Of a stretch of DNA of 64,000 nt, positions 1-12,978 are shown piece after piece. Each line of letters opens with the position of its first letter. The stretch's first letter is position 1. The translations under genes were made by a program, and so were the position numbers. Source of the stretch: Hydrolagus colliei (lineage: Eukaryota); NCBI GenBank assembly GCA_035084275.1, contig CM068769.1, positions 1,488,001 through 1,552,000 on the forward strand. Direction: 5' to 3'. Under the pieces are notes generated by a model. The model made no database searches. It was not told the DNA's origin and worked only from the letters and a program-made list of their open reading frames with translations.

Positions 1-3000
1 GCGGTAAAACTGAAGGCCCGTCCTCTGATGGTGGGGCGGTTCGGGCGGGGGTTTTAGAGCAGGTCAGGTACTGCTGAACGGAGGGTCCGAGTGGGCTTGT
101 AGGGGGAGAGTAGATTGGTTAAGTAGGGCGGGGCAAGGCCATGTAAGGCATTGAAGGTGAGGACGAGGATCTTGAATTCGATCCTCTGGAGGATGGGGAG
201 CCAGGGGAGACGGGCTATTGTGGGGGTTATATGGTCGCGAAAGCGGGTGCGGGATAATACACGGGCTGCAGAGATTTGGATAACGTGCAGCCTATGAATG
301 GAGGAGCTGGGGAGGCCGACGAAGAGAGCGTTTCCGTAGTCCAGCCTTGAGGAAGTGTATTTGTGCACGAGTGTTTCGGTAGCGTGGGGGGTAAGATAAT
401 TGCGGAGCCTGGCAATATTGCGAAGGTGGAAATAAGCGGTGCCGGTCAAGGCACGGATGTGGGGGAGGAAGGAGAATTTTTGGTCGAACGTGATGCCGAG
501 GTTCCTGACTGGCTTTATGAGGTGGACAGTACAGCCTTGGATGTTGATGCTGGCAGCGCCCAATGTGCGGAGGCGCTGGCTTGTGCCAATCAGGAGGGCC
601 ACGGTCTTACTCACGTTCAATTGCAGGAAGTTTTCCCTCGTCCAGGACTCGATGTCGGACAGACACACTGTCAGAAAATCGATGGCCTGGGGGTTGAGGT
701 ATGAGGCAGAAAGCTACAACTGGGTGTCGTCCGCATACATGTGGAAATTTACCCCATGTTTACAGATGGCATCGCCCAGAGGGAGCGTATAAATGGTGAA
801 AAGGAGGCGGCCGAGGACAGAGCCCTGAGAGACGCCGTGAGAAACTGTGCGGAGGTTTGAGGAAAAACACATTGGAGTTCAACGTGTAAACGGTGGGTGA
901 AATAAAAATGGAACAATTCAAGGACTGTGCCTTGAAGGTTGAGGTGGGAGGAAAGACGTTGGAGGAGGATGGTGTGATCGACTGCGTCGAACGCAGCAGA
1001 TAGGTCAAGGAGGACGAGGAGGCAAAGGGAGCCTGGTCACAGGCGGTTAGGATATCATTTGTAACCTTAACTAGGGCAGTTTCTGTACTGTGAATAGGGC
1101 GGAAACCTGATTGGAGGGGTTCAAGGAGTGAGTGAGTTGAAAGGAAAGAGCGGAGCTGGGAGGCAACCACTCTTTCAAGGACCTTGGATAAAAACGGGAG
1201 GTGGGAAATGGGTCGATAGCTTGATGGGTGCGACGCATCAAGGGAGGGTTTCTTAAGGATAGGTGTGATGGTGGCGGTTTTAAGGGTGATAGGGACGGTA
1301 CCTGAGGAGAGGGAAATGCTGATGATGTCAGAAATGAACGTGTCCAAAACGTGGAGCTGGGTGTGGAGTCGGGGGGGGGGGGGTGGGTGGATATGGGTTC
1401 CACTGAGCATGTGGTGGGTTTCATGGAGGTGATTATTTTTGTGATTAAAGACGGGTTAGTGGGGTTGAAAGTATGAAATGGGGTGTGGGTGGGGGTTGAT
1501 GAAACGGATGGAGGTGCGGAGCTGGAGGAGAGGTCGGGGGAGGAATCCGCGGAGCGGAGTTTCTCTATTTTGTACTCGAGGAAGTCCAACATCTCCTCAC
1601 AAAGTTCGTTTGAGGAGAGAATCTGCGAAGCGAGACGGGGGGGCGGAGGAGCTGGTTGGTGGTGGCGACAAGGAGGCGGTGGTTGTCCTTCGCTTCCAGG
1701 ATTATCGTGGAATATAAAGCTGATTTGGCGGTGGCTAGGTCGGAGCGGTAAAAGTTTATGCGGTCCAGCCAGATTTGCCGGTGGACCGTGAGGCCAGATT
1801 TGAGCCAGGTGAGTTCAGCTGCTCTCACTTGGCTTTTGAGGGAGCGGAGGTTAGTTGTGTACCAGGTTGATTATCGGGAGTGGGAGACGGTTCTGGAGGT
1901 GAGGGGGGGCAGGTGTCGAGGCTAGTGGAGAGGGTGTTATGGAGGGCGGTGGTGGCGGATGATGGGTCGGTGCATAAAGAGTGCCACTTTGGGAGGAGGT
2001 CGGAGGTTTCGTGGGCAGATTTGAAAGTTTGAGGGGGAATCTTCTTCCAGGGATGGTAGAAGATGGTGGTCGGTTTGGAAGTGGAGGGGGGATGGATAGA
2101 GGTGTTGAAAGAAATGAAAAAATGGTCTGAAATGGCCTTGTCGATGATGGTGACTCCAGAGACGTTGAGGCCTCGGGTGATCACCAGATCGAGCGGATGT
2201 TCGTGGGCGCGGGTGGCACTGTTAATGTGAAGGGAGAAGTTGAAAGACCAAAGTAAAGAGGAGAATTCAGAGGAAATGGGGTCAGGAGGGAGTGAAATGG
2301 AGGTTGACGTCGCCAAGAATGATGAGGCGATCAGAGGAAACGCAAAGGGAGGTTAAAAGTGAAGAGAAATCTGAAATGAAAGTGGGGGAGGGTTTGGGGG
2401 GGCCATGAACTAATAGGATTTTGAAGGAATTGTGGGAGGAGTGAGAGAGGGTGAACTGTTCTAAAGAGGGGAAAAAACCGGAGGAGTAGAGGGATAGGGC
2501 GAGGGATGAATTTGAAATGAGGGCCACACCACCGCCTCGACGGTTGGGTCGAGGGGCATGGACGAATTTGTAATTGGGTGGTGTTGCATCTACGAGTGCG
2601 AAAGTGTCGCCTAGGGTAATCCCGGTCTCCGTCAGGGCCATGATGTCAACGTTCTCATCAAGAATGTGATCGTTGATGGCCAGGGTCTTGTTGCAGACAG
2701 AGCGGACATTTTGGAGGCCGATGCGGAAAAAGCAGTTGGCCGAGGGTTGAGAGGGGGGGGCTGGGATGGTCGGCGGGGAGGGTGGGGATCTGGATAAGGG
2801 AGGAGAGGTTGACCGCCCGGGTTTGTATCCGGTGGGACTGGCGGTGATGGTGGGGGACAGGGCACGTGGGGTGGCTGCTGTTGGACAGCCAGCGCCGAAT
2901 GCCACGGTGAGCCCAACGGAGAACTCCAAAACTGGAACAAAGGGAAGTGGTGGGAGGGTCGAGCAGGGACAGTAGTCGACGAGGGCGAAGAGAAAGAAGG

Positions 3001-3660
3001 GTAGAGAAGGAATAACGGAGAGGGGGGATTGGGGTGAAAGAATTGAGGAGGGGAGGGAAGCTCGGGTCATGGCGGCAGCCATATTGCGCAAGCGGGAGAT
3101 CAGGAGGGAGGGATCAATGGGGCGGCATCATCCAAAGCGATGTGAGGCCGTGACAGGGGGATGCAGGGGCGTTGCGGTCTGGAGCCTGGCCGGGACTGAG
3201 GCCGAAGCTGGGGCTGTGGGTTTCAGGGCCAGTTGCCGGGGATGCGTGGGCCCGGGCCATGGGTCGACGGCTCAAGGCTGGAGCTGGGAACGGGGTAGAG
3301 AATCTCGGGGCTGTATGTCTTGAAGCCGGTCTTGGAGCCGGGGATGAGGGTCACGGAGCTGTTGGTCGCGGGGCTGGAGCCGGTGGCTGTGGGTCCTGGG
3401 GCTGTGAGTCTCGGTGCTGGAGCCGGTGCTGCGGTTCCTGGGGCTGTGGCTGGAGTCGGTGCTGTGGGTCCTGATGCTGGGGCTGTGGCTGGGGCCGGGG
3501 CTGTGGGTCTCGGTGCTGGAGCCAGGTCGAGCAATATCTGCTATGTGGACTTCTTAATCTCATGCTGCACAGAGACAGCTGTGAGTCTCGGGGGACAGAA
3601 GGGACACCCAGAGGACAGCCTAGACATGTCATCTATGTGTCCCTCTCGCCGCCATTTTTA
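1..3660 (-). mobile_element. L2-clade LINE, decayed, 3' end runs off window start (copy 1)
   Basis: Frameshifted ORF pieces give an APE endonuclease (GLQNVRSVCNK, ILGDVNLH, HEHPLDLVITRG, ISDHFFISF) and RT ([49 protein letters not shown]). The 5' end begins AAAATGGCGGCG (YY1-like) with a Pro/Ala-rich repetitive 5' region at 3170-3560. Confidence 0.85.
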
Positions 3661-4465
3661 AAAGCTGCAGCATCATGCCAGTTTGCCAAATAATGTACCA
3701 ATGGTCACTGTAGCCTGAGAAGTTTATTGACTCTGAATTTCTCCGGTACAAGAAAAATAAATCATATGTCATCCATAATACTGCGAAATTTACCGATATC
3801 GCAAACAGTAAAATAATGACTTTCCTTTGGTTCTTCATCTCTGGATCACTGTCTCCCTCACCTCTATTCCTGTCCCCATCACTGTGTCCCCGCAATCTCA
3901 TGCGGGCTCGACTGGCCACTAGGATGTGCCTGACAGTCAGGGCGTTGAACAGCAAAATCCCATCGAATGGGAGCATTTGGGTTAAAACAAGTTCGAGGAG
4001 GTCAAACACATTCCATTGGATAAACGAGTAAACGCTTGCTTTGGTCACGCAAATCCACGATATGCTGTTAGATATGAACTCTGGTTCATAGACAAAGTAC
4101 CAGGGAATGTTTACCCCCAATGAAGAACACACTGAGCCCCGCTATCACTGCTGCAGCTGTTTGTTCCGTGCAATATTTAGTTTTCAGTTGTTGGCAGCAG
4201 ATGGCGACATAACGGTCGAAGGCTAAAGCCACAGTTAGCCAGACAGAGATTGCCGATGCTGCAGTACTCAGTGCCTCTAGCAACGAGCAAACATAGGTGA
4301 TGTTCACGAATGAATATGGGAAGTAGAAAGGAACAATGCGATAGAAAATCACCACAAAAATTACCATAATCAGATCAGGCACTGACATGGCCAGCAGAGA
4401 GTGGGAGACACATTTTGAAAGACCGCACCTCCCTCGGGACAGGATCAGAATGGCTACCATGTTAG
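3661..4465 (-). pseudogene. GPR139-like class A GPCR, main coding exon, frameshifted and truncated in TM7 (copy 1)
   Basis: Acceptor tctctgcag|CTAACATG at 4465; NMVAILILSRGRCGLSK, TVALAFDRYVAICC, DPEMKNQRK motifs typical of the chondrichthyan GPR139-like expansion. An extra C in the run at 4114-4118 shifts the frame relative to copy 2. Ends at GMMLQLL, fused to the L2 5' end. Confidence 0.8.
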
Positions 4466-6649
4466 CTGCAGAGAGAGTGAACGTAAAATGACCAGTTATA
4501 ATAATCAATTTCTACAGTTCATTTTCTGCTGGTAGAGTAATATTTTCTGCTGCGCTTTCTGTTGGGTACTTTTCGCTTCTCTCACATGAATTCACTATTT
4601 TTGCGACATCAAAGTGCGATGGAGAGAAGTCTGCCTCGCTGCCCATCGCCAGGAGTCACATTCGCACGCACATGCAGAGGCAGAAAAAGATGCACAGACA
4701 GCGGGAAATGCACTGACATGAAGACAGGGAAAAAGAGCAAGAAACAAATACGGAACACGCAGGACGATGTAGAGAAAAGTAAATTCAGGCCGAAATGCAG
4801 AAATACACTTTTATGTATATCGGCAGAAAGACCTCTACCTGTTCTGAGAGAGAGAGACCGTCACAGACAAAGGGGGAATGGGAGATACACAGATACAACT
4901 ACACAGAGAGTTAAACACAGACACAATGAGTTTGGTACAGAGATACAGCGAGTCAGATAGATGCACTCAGACTGACAGATAGAGGGTTATTCAAAGACAG
5001 AGGGAGAGAATCACTGATACAAAGAGAAATGCACAGAGACAGATTCATATAGATATATATGCACACAGGCAGAGAGAGCGACACATCGCCTAAATACACG
5101 TACACAAACATACAGATGAATTAGACAGATATGCACACAGATAGAGATAAAATTACATACAAGGTGAGAAAGATTCACCGACAAGTAGAGACAATTCCAC
5201 ACACAGGGAATGGTAGTAAATATTTGAAGCAGATGTGGATGTAGATCGATACATAGATAGACACACACACGCAACTAGAGAATGAGAACAGAGAGGGGGG
5301 GGGGGGGGGGGTGGGGGAGGGACGCAGAAACAAACAGAAGAACAGCCACATGCAGAGAGATATACAAAGAAGTACAGAATGAGACAGGGAGACCTACATA
5401 GGTCTTGTGGGGTCAGTTTAGAACGAGACACATGTAAAAACGTTTCACCTGCACAGCAGTAAACAAACCCAACTAAGACTTCCATGAATCTCAATTTTAC
5501 ATGTAAATCCCATAGATAGATTGTTGGAAAATAATGCAGAGAGAAGCTATCTCTACATATGTCTGCTGATCTGTTTGTCCATGCGTATCTCTTCCTCTCT
5601 CCCCCCCTCTCTCTCTCCATAGGCCGTGGTGTTCATGTCCGTATTTCAATATATAGCTCTATTTCGGTATCACTGCAAATCTCCCTCTCACTGCCTGTGG
5701 GCAATATGCTTTACTTTCATATTCTTATGGATAGCGATATGATTCCTTAAGACTCAAGCCCCCCAGCTGACCAAACTAAATCTATATGAACAATTATGTG
5801 TGGAGCAAAGAAACTTGCCTTATGTTTCCCACTACTTCATAATGAAACCCGGTCTTCCGGCTTGACAGTTCAATGCTGTAGTAATGGAGAGAGGGGAATA
5901 CGGATAGCGGAAAGACAGCTCACAAAATACGTGGAGAAGGGGATTGATATCAATGGAAAGAGAGAGGGACACGCATACATAGAGAAATAGGTACTCACAG
6001 TCACATATAGAGCGAGAGAGATAGACACAGATCAATACATGAAGAGACAGCGAGATGTAAACAGGTAAAAATGTTGACGTACAATGTGCAATAAACACGG
6101 TCAGAGAGTATGTAGCACGCAGTTTGGGACAGTGCCGCAGGACTCTGGATCCTCAGCAGCCTGGGGAGGGAGTAGTTGGGAAAACCGTCCAACAGAGTAT
6201 TTGCATTGCCAAGCCGGAATGTAATGAAGACATGAATGAGGCTATCAGCGGCTTTGAAGTGGTGCGTTATTGGCGGAGTCAGGCAATGTGGGTTAGATGA
6301 GGAAAGTAAGTGGGTGGCATTGCTTGGATGTGACGGAGGCAAGACACGTGAGTGTCGAACAAGACAACAAGGTATCTGAGTGGCTTGATGAGGTCAAGTG
6401 AGCAACGATGGAGGTTGACACTACCAGCGACGGATGCTTCAAGACGCTGGCGAGAGCTAATCAACAGTGAATGTATAGAAATAGCTGGAGAATAACAGAG
6501 AGATGAAGGGATGCAATGCGACAGCTAGAGTGCTAACCACGCAGAAAGAAAAGGACAGATAGACACTGATAGAAATGGACACAAAGAGGCAAAATTACAC
6601 AGATATACCAAGAAAGAGAAAGATGCAAACAAACAGAGATAATAATATT

Positions 6650-6935
6650 AAATCTTGCTTTTCATGTAGCGCTTTTTGCGTCTTCCAGAAGTCTCAAAAT
6701 GCATCACAGAATAGAGTGAGTATAAGTGAATTGACTGTCTATTTGTGAGCGAAATGTAGCAAGTCAGTGTCACACAAGCAGTGATGGAGTGAAATCAACA
6801 TTTTTTGTCAGGCATTATTAATAGGCGAGTAAAGTAAGGAAACCTGCCCAAGATTTCACACTAACCTGCCAGGAATTGAAGACAGATCTCTTGCTATTAA
6901 GTCTAGTGCTCTAACAACTGAGCTACGGTAGAAGG
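6650..6935 (-). mobile_element. tRNA-derived SINE (Deu-type core, L2-like tail)
   Basis: tRNA-like head (GTAGCTCAGTTGTTAGAGCAC...), degenerate core, tail AAAAGCGCTACATGAAAAGCAAG; duplicated at ~62860-63140. Confidence 0.6.
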
Positions 6936-9029
6936 GGAGGTACAGGGGATGGCGATTTTCAAAGTATTGCAGAGACAGCGGCAGACACACAGAGGCACAG
7001 CTTGAGATACTAGACAGACGGAAGCAGATCGGGAAAGACACACACAACGCGTACTTAAGGAGAAAAAGTTAAGCACGTATGAATGAATAGAGGGCGAGAG
7101 AGCCGCACACGGTCAGAGAGAGGGAGTTACAGACAGCGGAGGAAGAAAGTGCATGATATATGCAGACATACGGTGATACACGAGCAAAGAGACTGAGAGG
7201 TAAACACACAACAAGAGAATGATACACACAGACACAGAGAATAAATACATACCAACAGAGAGATTCACACACACAAAGTGAAAGCAACACACACTGTATT
7301 TAGATGTGTAGAGATACAGATACAACATTAGATACATAGAAATATGTACACGCTGACGGAGAATAATGGACAAACAGAAAGAGAGAAAAAGAGAGGCAGA
7401 GACGTGCTCACAGACAGTCAGAGTGCTACACATAGTGTGAGACAGGGGGTTAACGGGACAGCAAGAGATAAGCAGAGAAATTGAGAGAAAGGGATGGAGA
7501 TATACATAAAAAACATGAGTAAAAACAACAGCTTACATGTATGTAGCGCCTTTCGCACCGGGTAGCTAACACAGAGAGAGACAAATACAGAATCAGATCC
7601 AGCACACTGCGAGAAAAGAAACAGAGAGAGCGCGCAACAGCTATAGAAACTCAAACAGATATAAACCCAGCCACACAGGGAGAAAAAGTAAGACAAAAGA
7701 GTAGGATACAGAAACAAAGGCATTCAGATAGATTCAGAATCATGCACAGCCAGAGGGATCCGGAGAGTTACAGAGACACAAAGAGACAGAGAGAGCACAA
7801 ATATGCATAATAAGAATCCTGGTATTTTTAAGTAGCACTCTTCGAGTCTTGTAGGCTTCTCATGCGCTCGACCGAATCTACACTGACGTGAATTGACTGT
7901 AAATTTGTGCAGGAAATACAGCAGCCAATGGCGCATAAATTTGTTATCCATTGTAGTGATCAATGTGATATTAGTTTTTTCTTTCTTGGGGGATTAATAA
8001 CAGGTGTATGACGTAAGGTAACTTGTAAGGATGCTATCACACTGCCAGGAAATGAAATTCCGTCTATCGACTCCACAAATTATTTCGCTCTTAATTTATC
8101 AATCAAACAATGAATCAAAACTGAAATCTACATAGCGTCGTTCACGTCGAAAGGACGTCCAAGGCGCTGTAGTGTCAGGAGTGGACAAGGGAAGTGGGGA
8201 GACGCCGTGGCAGGATGAAGAAGAGTAGGAAAATTGACTATATTTCTGGGATCAAAGCGGAAGACAGATTGCGCAGAGCAGTGTCGCACAATCAGCCATG
8301 GCAGTGGGATTAGGAGAGAAAGGGGGGAAAGATGGCAAGGGGAGGTGGCGGGGGAGACAGCGTAGGGGGAAGCAGAGCAGGAAAGCCGACGTTTTGTAGG
8401 CGAAACCCCACCCCATCGCAGCAGACAAATTGTGCTCAGCAGCGTCCCACAAACGGTCACTGAAATTGGGACAGGGAGGAAATGTGGAAAAGAGGGTATA
8501 GGGGGAGAGGGATGTCAACGGGGCAGATTGAAGGTAAGATGGGGTGGGGTAAAGTAAGAGAGGAAGAGCGGGAAGCAACGAGGTTAAGTGGAAACTAAAA
8601 CGGGTTAAAATACACAATTGCCTGATTCAGAGGGACAGTTGTAAACCGGTCGAGCTGCAAGCCTTAATGCATATTAATAAATAAATTAACTTTGGTAAAA
8701 CACTTGCCGGGAAAACCAAATGCAGCGAGAATCGAGTGGTAAATGTATTTCTATTCTGTGAATAATCGGAGTTGTCATCTTCAAATCGGAAATTATTACG
8801 TCTTCTCTCGGCAGAGGCAGCTGCTGACGGCTGAACGATGATGCTAGAAAGTCTCAAACGGATTCTTATATAAACCAACAGTGATCGCTTTGTTGAGCAA
8901 TGTTACCACGGGGTCGTCGATGAATTTGAGCCGCATGCAAAACAGTTACTCAACGTGTGTAATGTCATTAACCTCAAGGATTTAATTTTGGGGGGCAGCC
9001 CATTGTTTCATCAAAGCTGAATTATTGCG

Positions 9030-9358
9030 AACTCCCTTTAGCTCAGAGGTTAGAGCACTCGCCTTGCAAGCGTGAAACATGTGTTCGAATCCAGGCAAGT
9101 CGGCGTGAAACCTTGAGTAAATGTCCTTGCTCCACAAGGCTGAAAATAATCCTCCCAATAAAAACACAACAATAAAAATTGGTCTTGTCAACCCACGACT
9201 GTTTGTGGTGGGGGGACGCTGCTGTGCGCAAATAGCTGCCGCGTTTTGCCTATAAATATACAGTCACTTCACTTTACAGTATATATTGTGAAGCACTTTG
9301 ATACATTGATCAGATGCGAAACGCGCTACAGCAAATGCAAGGTTTATTATTATTATCA
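9030..9358 (+). mobile_element. tRNA-derived Deu-core SINE, near full length; representative of roughly 25-30 copies/fragments across the window
   Basis: Box A TAGCTCAGAGG, box B GTTCGAATCC, core CCACGACTGTTTGTGG...GCTGCTGTGCGCAAATAGCTGCCGCGTTT (SacSINE1/AmnSINE1-like Deu domain), tail GCGCTACAGCAAATGCAAGG(TTA)n. Related copies at ~13990-14275(-), 24715-25000(+), 26200-26420(-), 28230-28470(+), 31670-31880(+), 37380-37800(-), 44240-44560(+), 46730-47060(+), 53850-54150(+). Confidence 0.75.
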
Positions 9359-9610
9359 TCTCCAGTTACGCACTTAATTCCCCAGAGTGTAAATTAAAGC
9401 AACTTCGCTCCATACCGACAAGCTCCCATCTTCATTTATTACAGAGAGTGTGGAGAAGTGCATGGGAAGAACCAAGGTTTTGTGATCCCAGTGTGCGTCC
9501 TGAGGTTCCTGTTGAAATGTAACCAACCAAAGCTGAAATGCTTCTCAATACAACGAATCTATTTAGAATCTATTTCAATAACCGTGTGTATTGTATTGTC
9601 ACAGTCGCAC

Positions 9611-9656
9611 CTGACATAAAGCTCTAGAAGAGAAAGGAAGTGATAAACAGTCGCAT
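9611..9656 (-). pseudogene. Orphan TCR V leader exon with internal stop
   Basis: ATG CGA CTG TTT ATC ACT TCC TTT CTC TTC TAG AGC TTT ATG TCA G|GTGCGA (MRLFITSFLF*SFMS). Same 46-nt length, phase 1 and MRLF start as the leader at 23598-23643. No V exon found downstream. Confidence 0.55.
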
Positions 9657-9789
9657 TGTTGCTGCTCGCTAAATACCTTTGCACCAGAATATCATTATAC
9701 ATATTGCTTGTCGACGTAGAGATGTTTCAACATTACTTCCGTGACAGAACAGCAGTGCTTCATGTCACGACCTCCTGTGGCCTTGTTGG

Positions 9790-10160
9790 CTAGACTAAGC
9801 AAATTCCCTGCTGGTCGACCTTCGTAATTCCCCCCTCTGTAGGCTGCAGATAATCCAGAACTCTACAGCCCGTGTCCTCCACGGTTCCCAACTCCGTGAC
9901 CCCTTTTCCCCTATTCGTGCCCGACATCAATGGCTCCCCATCATTCAGAGGATCCAGTTCAAGATCCTGGTCCTCACATTTCACGCAATCCACAACCTTG
10001 CCCCACCCTTTATCCGTGACCTCCTATCCCATTACCAAACTGCCCGTCCCCTCCGCTCAGCTGTCTCTGGCCTGTTCCACGTCCTCCGACCCTCCCGCCC
10101 AACGATTGGCAGGTGAGCCTTTAGTCACTCTGCTCCCAATCTCTGGAACACCATTGTGAT
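9790..10160 (+). mobile_element. L2 LINE 3' fragment, degenerate
   Basis: Similar to the post-RT region of the L2 copies (CTAGACT..., ATAATCCAGAACTCTACAGCCCGTGTCCTC, GTTCAAGATCCTGGTCCTCAC). Confidence 0.6.
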
Positions 10161-11609
10161 GCCCCTCCTCCTCGCCACCTCCCTGGCCACCTTCACGTAT
10201 CTAACCATGGCTCTCCTCTTCGTACCCACAAAGGTTGCAATGCGCAACTGGCTGTTGAGTTTCATCAACAAACATACAGTTAGTTAATTTATGTTAATTA
10301 TTCTGTTATTATTTTTGCATCATTACTGAGTGACGACGTTATTATAAATGGACCAAAAACAAGTATTACGATAAGAACGCCATTTGAGAAAAAATATACA
10401 TGAATCAATACTGAATAAAACTGAATCCCTTTGCACAACAACACAATCTCTCTAGAAAGTAATCTGTTTTTTAGTTTAATGAACATATAATTTCATAGGT
10501 TGAAATGGCTAATTTTATCAGCGTGTTTTTCTTGGCGAGATTATTATCAGGTGTGTGTGTATATTTACGTGTATATATCTCTGTGTGTGCTTGCGTTCGT
10601 GGAATAGGAAAGCTTGTCCAAGGTTCCACCCTTAACTGCCTGGATTCGAACACATTTCTCACGCTTGTGAAGCGAGTGCTCTAACCACTGAGATACAGGA
10701 TCTCCGCAGTTTGTGGAACAGATCCATATGAAGTGCTTTTGTGACACTCGAGTATGTGTTATATCAATGGTAAAGAGCATTATTATTTCTATGACTTTCC
10801 CTCTTTCCATACATGAATGTATCCACCACTTTGGTTTGCAGTTGAGATATTGTCACATATTTCCACTGCGAGCGACAGCAGCAAAGTCAGTAATTGTCAA
10901 ATATGTCATTAGTCATTACTAATATATGTGCAGCGATTAAAGCATTTGTCTGCCCGTGGGTGTTTTAATATCAGTGGTATAATGTGACGGTAACACAGTG
11001 TGTGAAAGAATAATAATAACAAATCTTATTTATCAAAAGTATAAAATGTAAGGTTTATTAGTTTTAGTTTCACTCTTTCCTTACATGAACCACACTATCA
11101 CTACTTCTGCTTCTGGTTGGAAATCAGTCACGAGTTTCCTCTGAGACACAGCAGCAGAGTCAACAAATTGTCAAACAGGTCAACAGTCATTCCAGGCCTC
11201 TGAGCTGAGATTAAACCTTTTCTCTCCTATTAGCAGGTTATTGTAAAGTGGGGGCAGGCTGACAGCAGTCTGATTCTAACATGGCTTGTGTGATCGCATG
11301 TTTACTGTGGCTGTGCTGGATGCAGCCACAGTGACAGTCAACCACTTCAATGGACTTCCCGACGTGAGAGGCGCTCTGCACACGTCATTGTGTTGTTCTT
11401 GATGTTGGGTTCGATACCAGGACAGTGCAACACATTGGGCAGATATCCGTACTCCACAGGCCTCAGTTTAAAATACATCCATTAGGAAAACTGTTCTATT
11501 AAAATAGCGGTGTGCTATTCCTTGGGTATTTTTACTTTTATAAAAACTAAATATTACTTTACAACATTCGCCTTATTTACTTCATAAGAGTTTATTCCAA
11601 ATACAGTGA

Positions 11610-12595
11610 GAACTGTGTGTGGAATACACACATGGCGAATCCTTCGGCAAATTTATTTAATCCACACGCCCAATAGTAATCCGTCCCATACCAAAAAATT
11701 TATCACCAATCATAAATTGGTCATTTACATCCACTACTGTGTTTGGGGACGTTGCTGCGCGCAATTGGCTGCCCGACATCGGGCGCTGCCAGCCTCAATA
11801 TACAAGGCTGTACTCTCCACCGCACAAATTCAGTCAGGAACCTCGGCATCACATTCGACCAAAAGCTCTCCTTCCTCCCCCACATTCGTGCATTGACCGG
11901 CGTCGCTTACTTCCACCTGCGCAACATTGTCAGGCTCCGCAATTATCTCACCCACCACGCTGCCGAAACACTCCTGCACGCGTACATCACCTCAAGGCTG
12001 GACTACGGAAACGCTCGCCTCGTCGGCCTACCCAGCTCCTCCATTCACAGGCTGCAGGTCATCCAAAATTCTGCAGCCCATGTATTATCCCGCACCAGCC
12101 TCCGCGATCATATAACCCCCACCCGCGCCCGACTCTACTGAATCCCCATCCTCCAGAAGATCGAGTTCAAGATCCTCGTCTTCACCTTCAAGGCCTTACA
12201 CGGCCTTGCCCCGCCCTATTTAACCGAATTACTCTCCCCCTACAAGCGCACCCGGAACCCCCGTTAAGCAGGACTTGGCCTGCTCCAAGCCCCCCGCCCG
12301 AACCGCCCCACCATCGGAGGCCGGGCCTTCAGTTTTTATGCTCCGACCCTATGGAATTCCATCCCCCAATCTCTCCGTCTCGTTTCTTCCCTTTCCTCTT
12401 TCAATGAACGTTTGAAGACTTTCCTCCTCGACCGTGCCTATTGTTCCACCCCGAATTCTTCGACCTCCCCTAATTGTTTCACCCTTTTCCGTACACTACC
12501 TTCCCAGATCGGGTCACACGCCTCCTGTGCAGCGCCGTGGAACGTCTTCCCGACGTGAAAGGCGCTTTATAAGTGTAATTTGTTATTGTTGTTGA
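11610..12595 (+). mobile_element. SINE 5' part fused to L2 LINE 3' end
   Basis: SINE core ends GCAATTGGCTGCC and runs directly into L2 ORF2 (GAASLNIQGCTLHRTNSVRNLGITFDQKLSF...SRLDYGN...), ending with L2 tail GAAAGGCGCTTTATAAGTGTAATTTGTTATTGTTGTTG. Confidence 0.75.
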
Positions 12596-12939
12596 TGTTT
12601 CTCTCTCCCATAAACAAACAGTCAAATCACTTGACAATGTATTCTATGAAGCGCTGTGAGTCGCTTAGAGTAGTCGTGAAAAGCGATAAAGCGAATGCAA
12701 GTATTATTATCATTACTGCTGTTATTATCCACTTGTCTTAATTCCAACAAACATGTATCACAATCTTCTATCGGTTGATTAATCAACACATATAATACAG
12801 AGCTAGTGATGCATTTCCTTTTCTTTAATTGACTTGATATGAAGTAAATCAAGTGTAAGCTGTGGGGACAGATAACCGATGGCTTGTTACATGGTGTCTC
12901 ACTGCTCTTTACTGATTCCCAGCGTTTGGTTGTGATTAG

Positions 12940-12978
12940 GGTTATTGTACGAGGCTTCCTATGATGTGTATCACTGTG
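12940..12978 (-). other. 23-bp-spacer RSS of supporting V-delta
   Basis: Minus strand CACAGTG (12978-12972), 23-nt spacer, ACAATAACC (12948-12940). Confidence 0.9.

Larger units (their letters stand above)
1..7133. repeat. Segmental duplication unit, copy 1 (L2 + GPCR exon + GA-rich DNA + SINE)
   Basis: Position 1 (GCGGTAAAACTGAAGGCCCGTCC) matches 56198. Colinear high similarity continues to GGGAGTTACAG at ~7133 / ~63344. Confidence 0.9.

Noticed and set aside
363-3661. Plus-strand Gly/Ala-rich ORFs overlapping L2 (and equivalents at 56553-59847)
   Set aside because: Antisense shadows of GC-skewed LINE sequence; no independent protein motifs.
9030-9110. tRNA genes (here and at other box A/box B motifs)
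   Set aside because: The heads run into Deu-core and L2-like tails and cannot form a full cloverleaf; they are SINEs.
9475-9495. RSS-like CACACTG...ACAAAACCT
   Set aside because: Spacer is only 5 nt and there is no adjacent coding segment.
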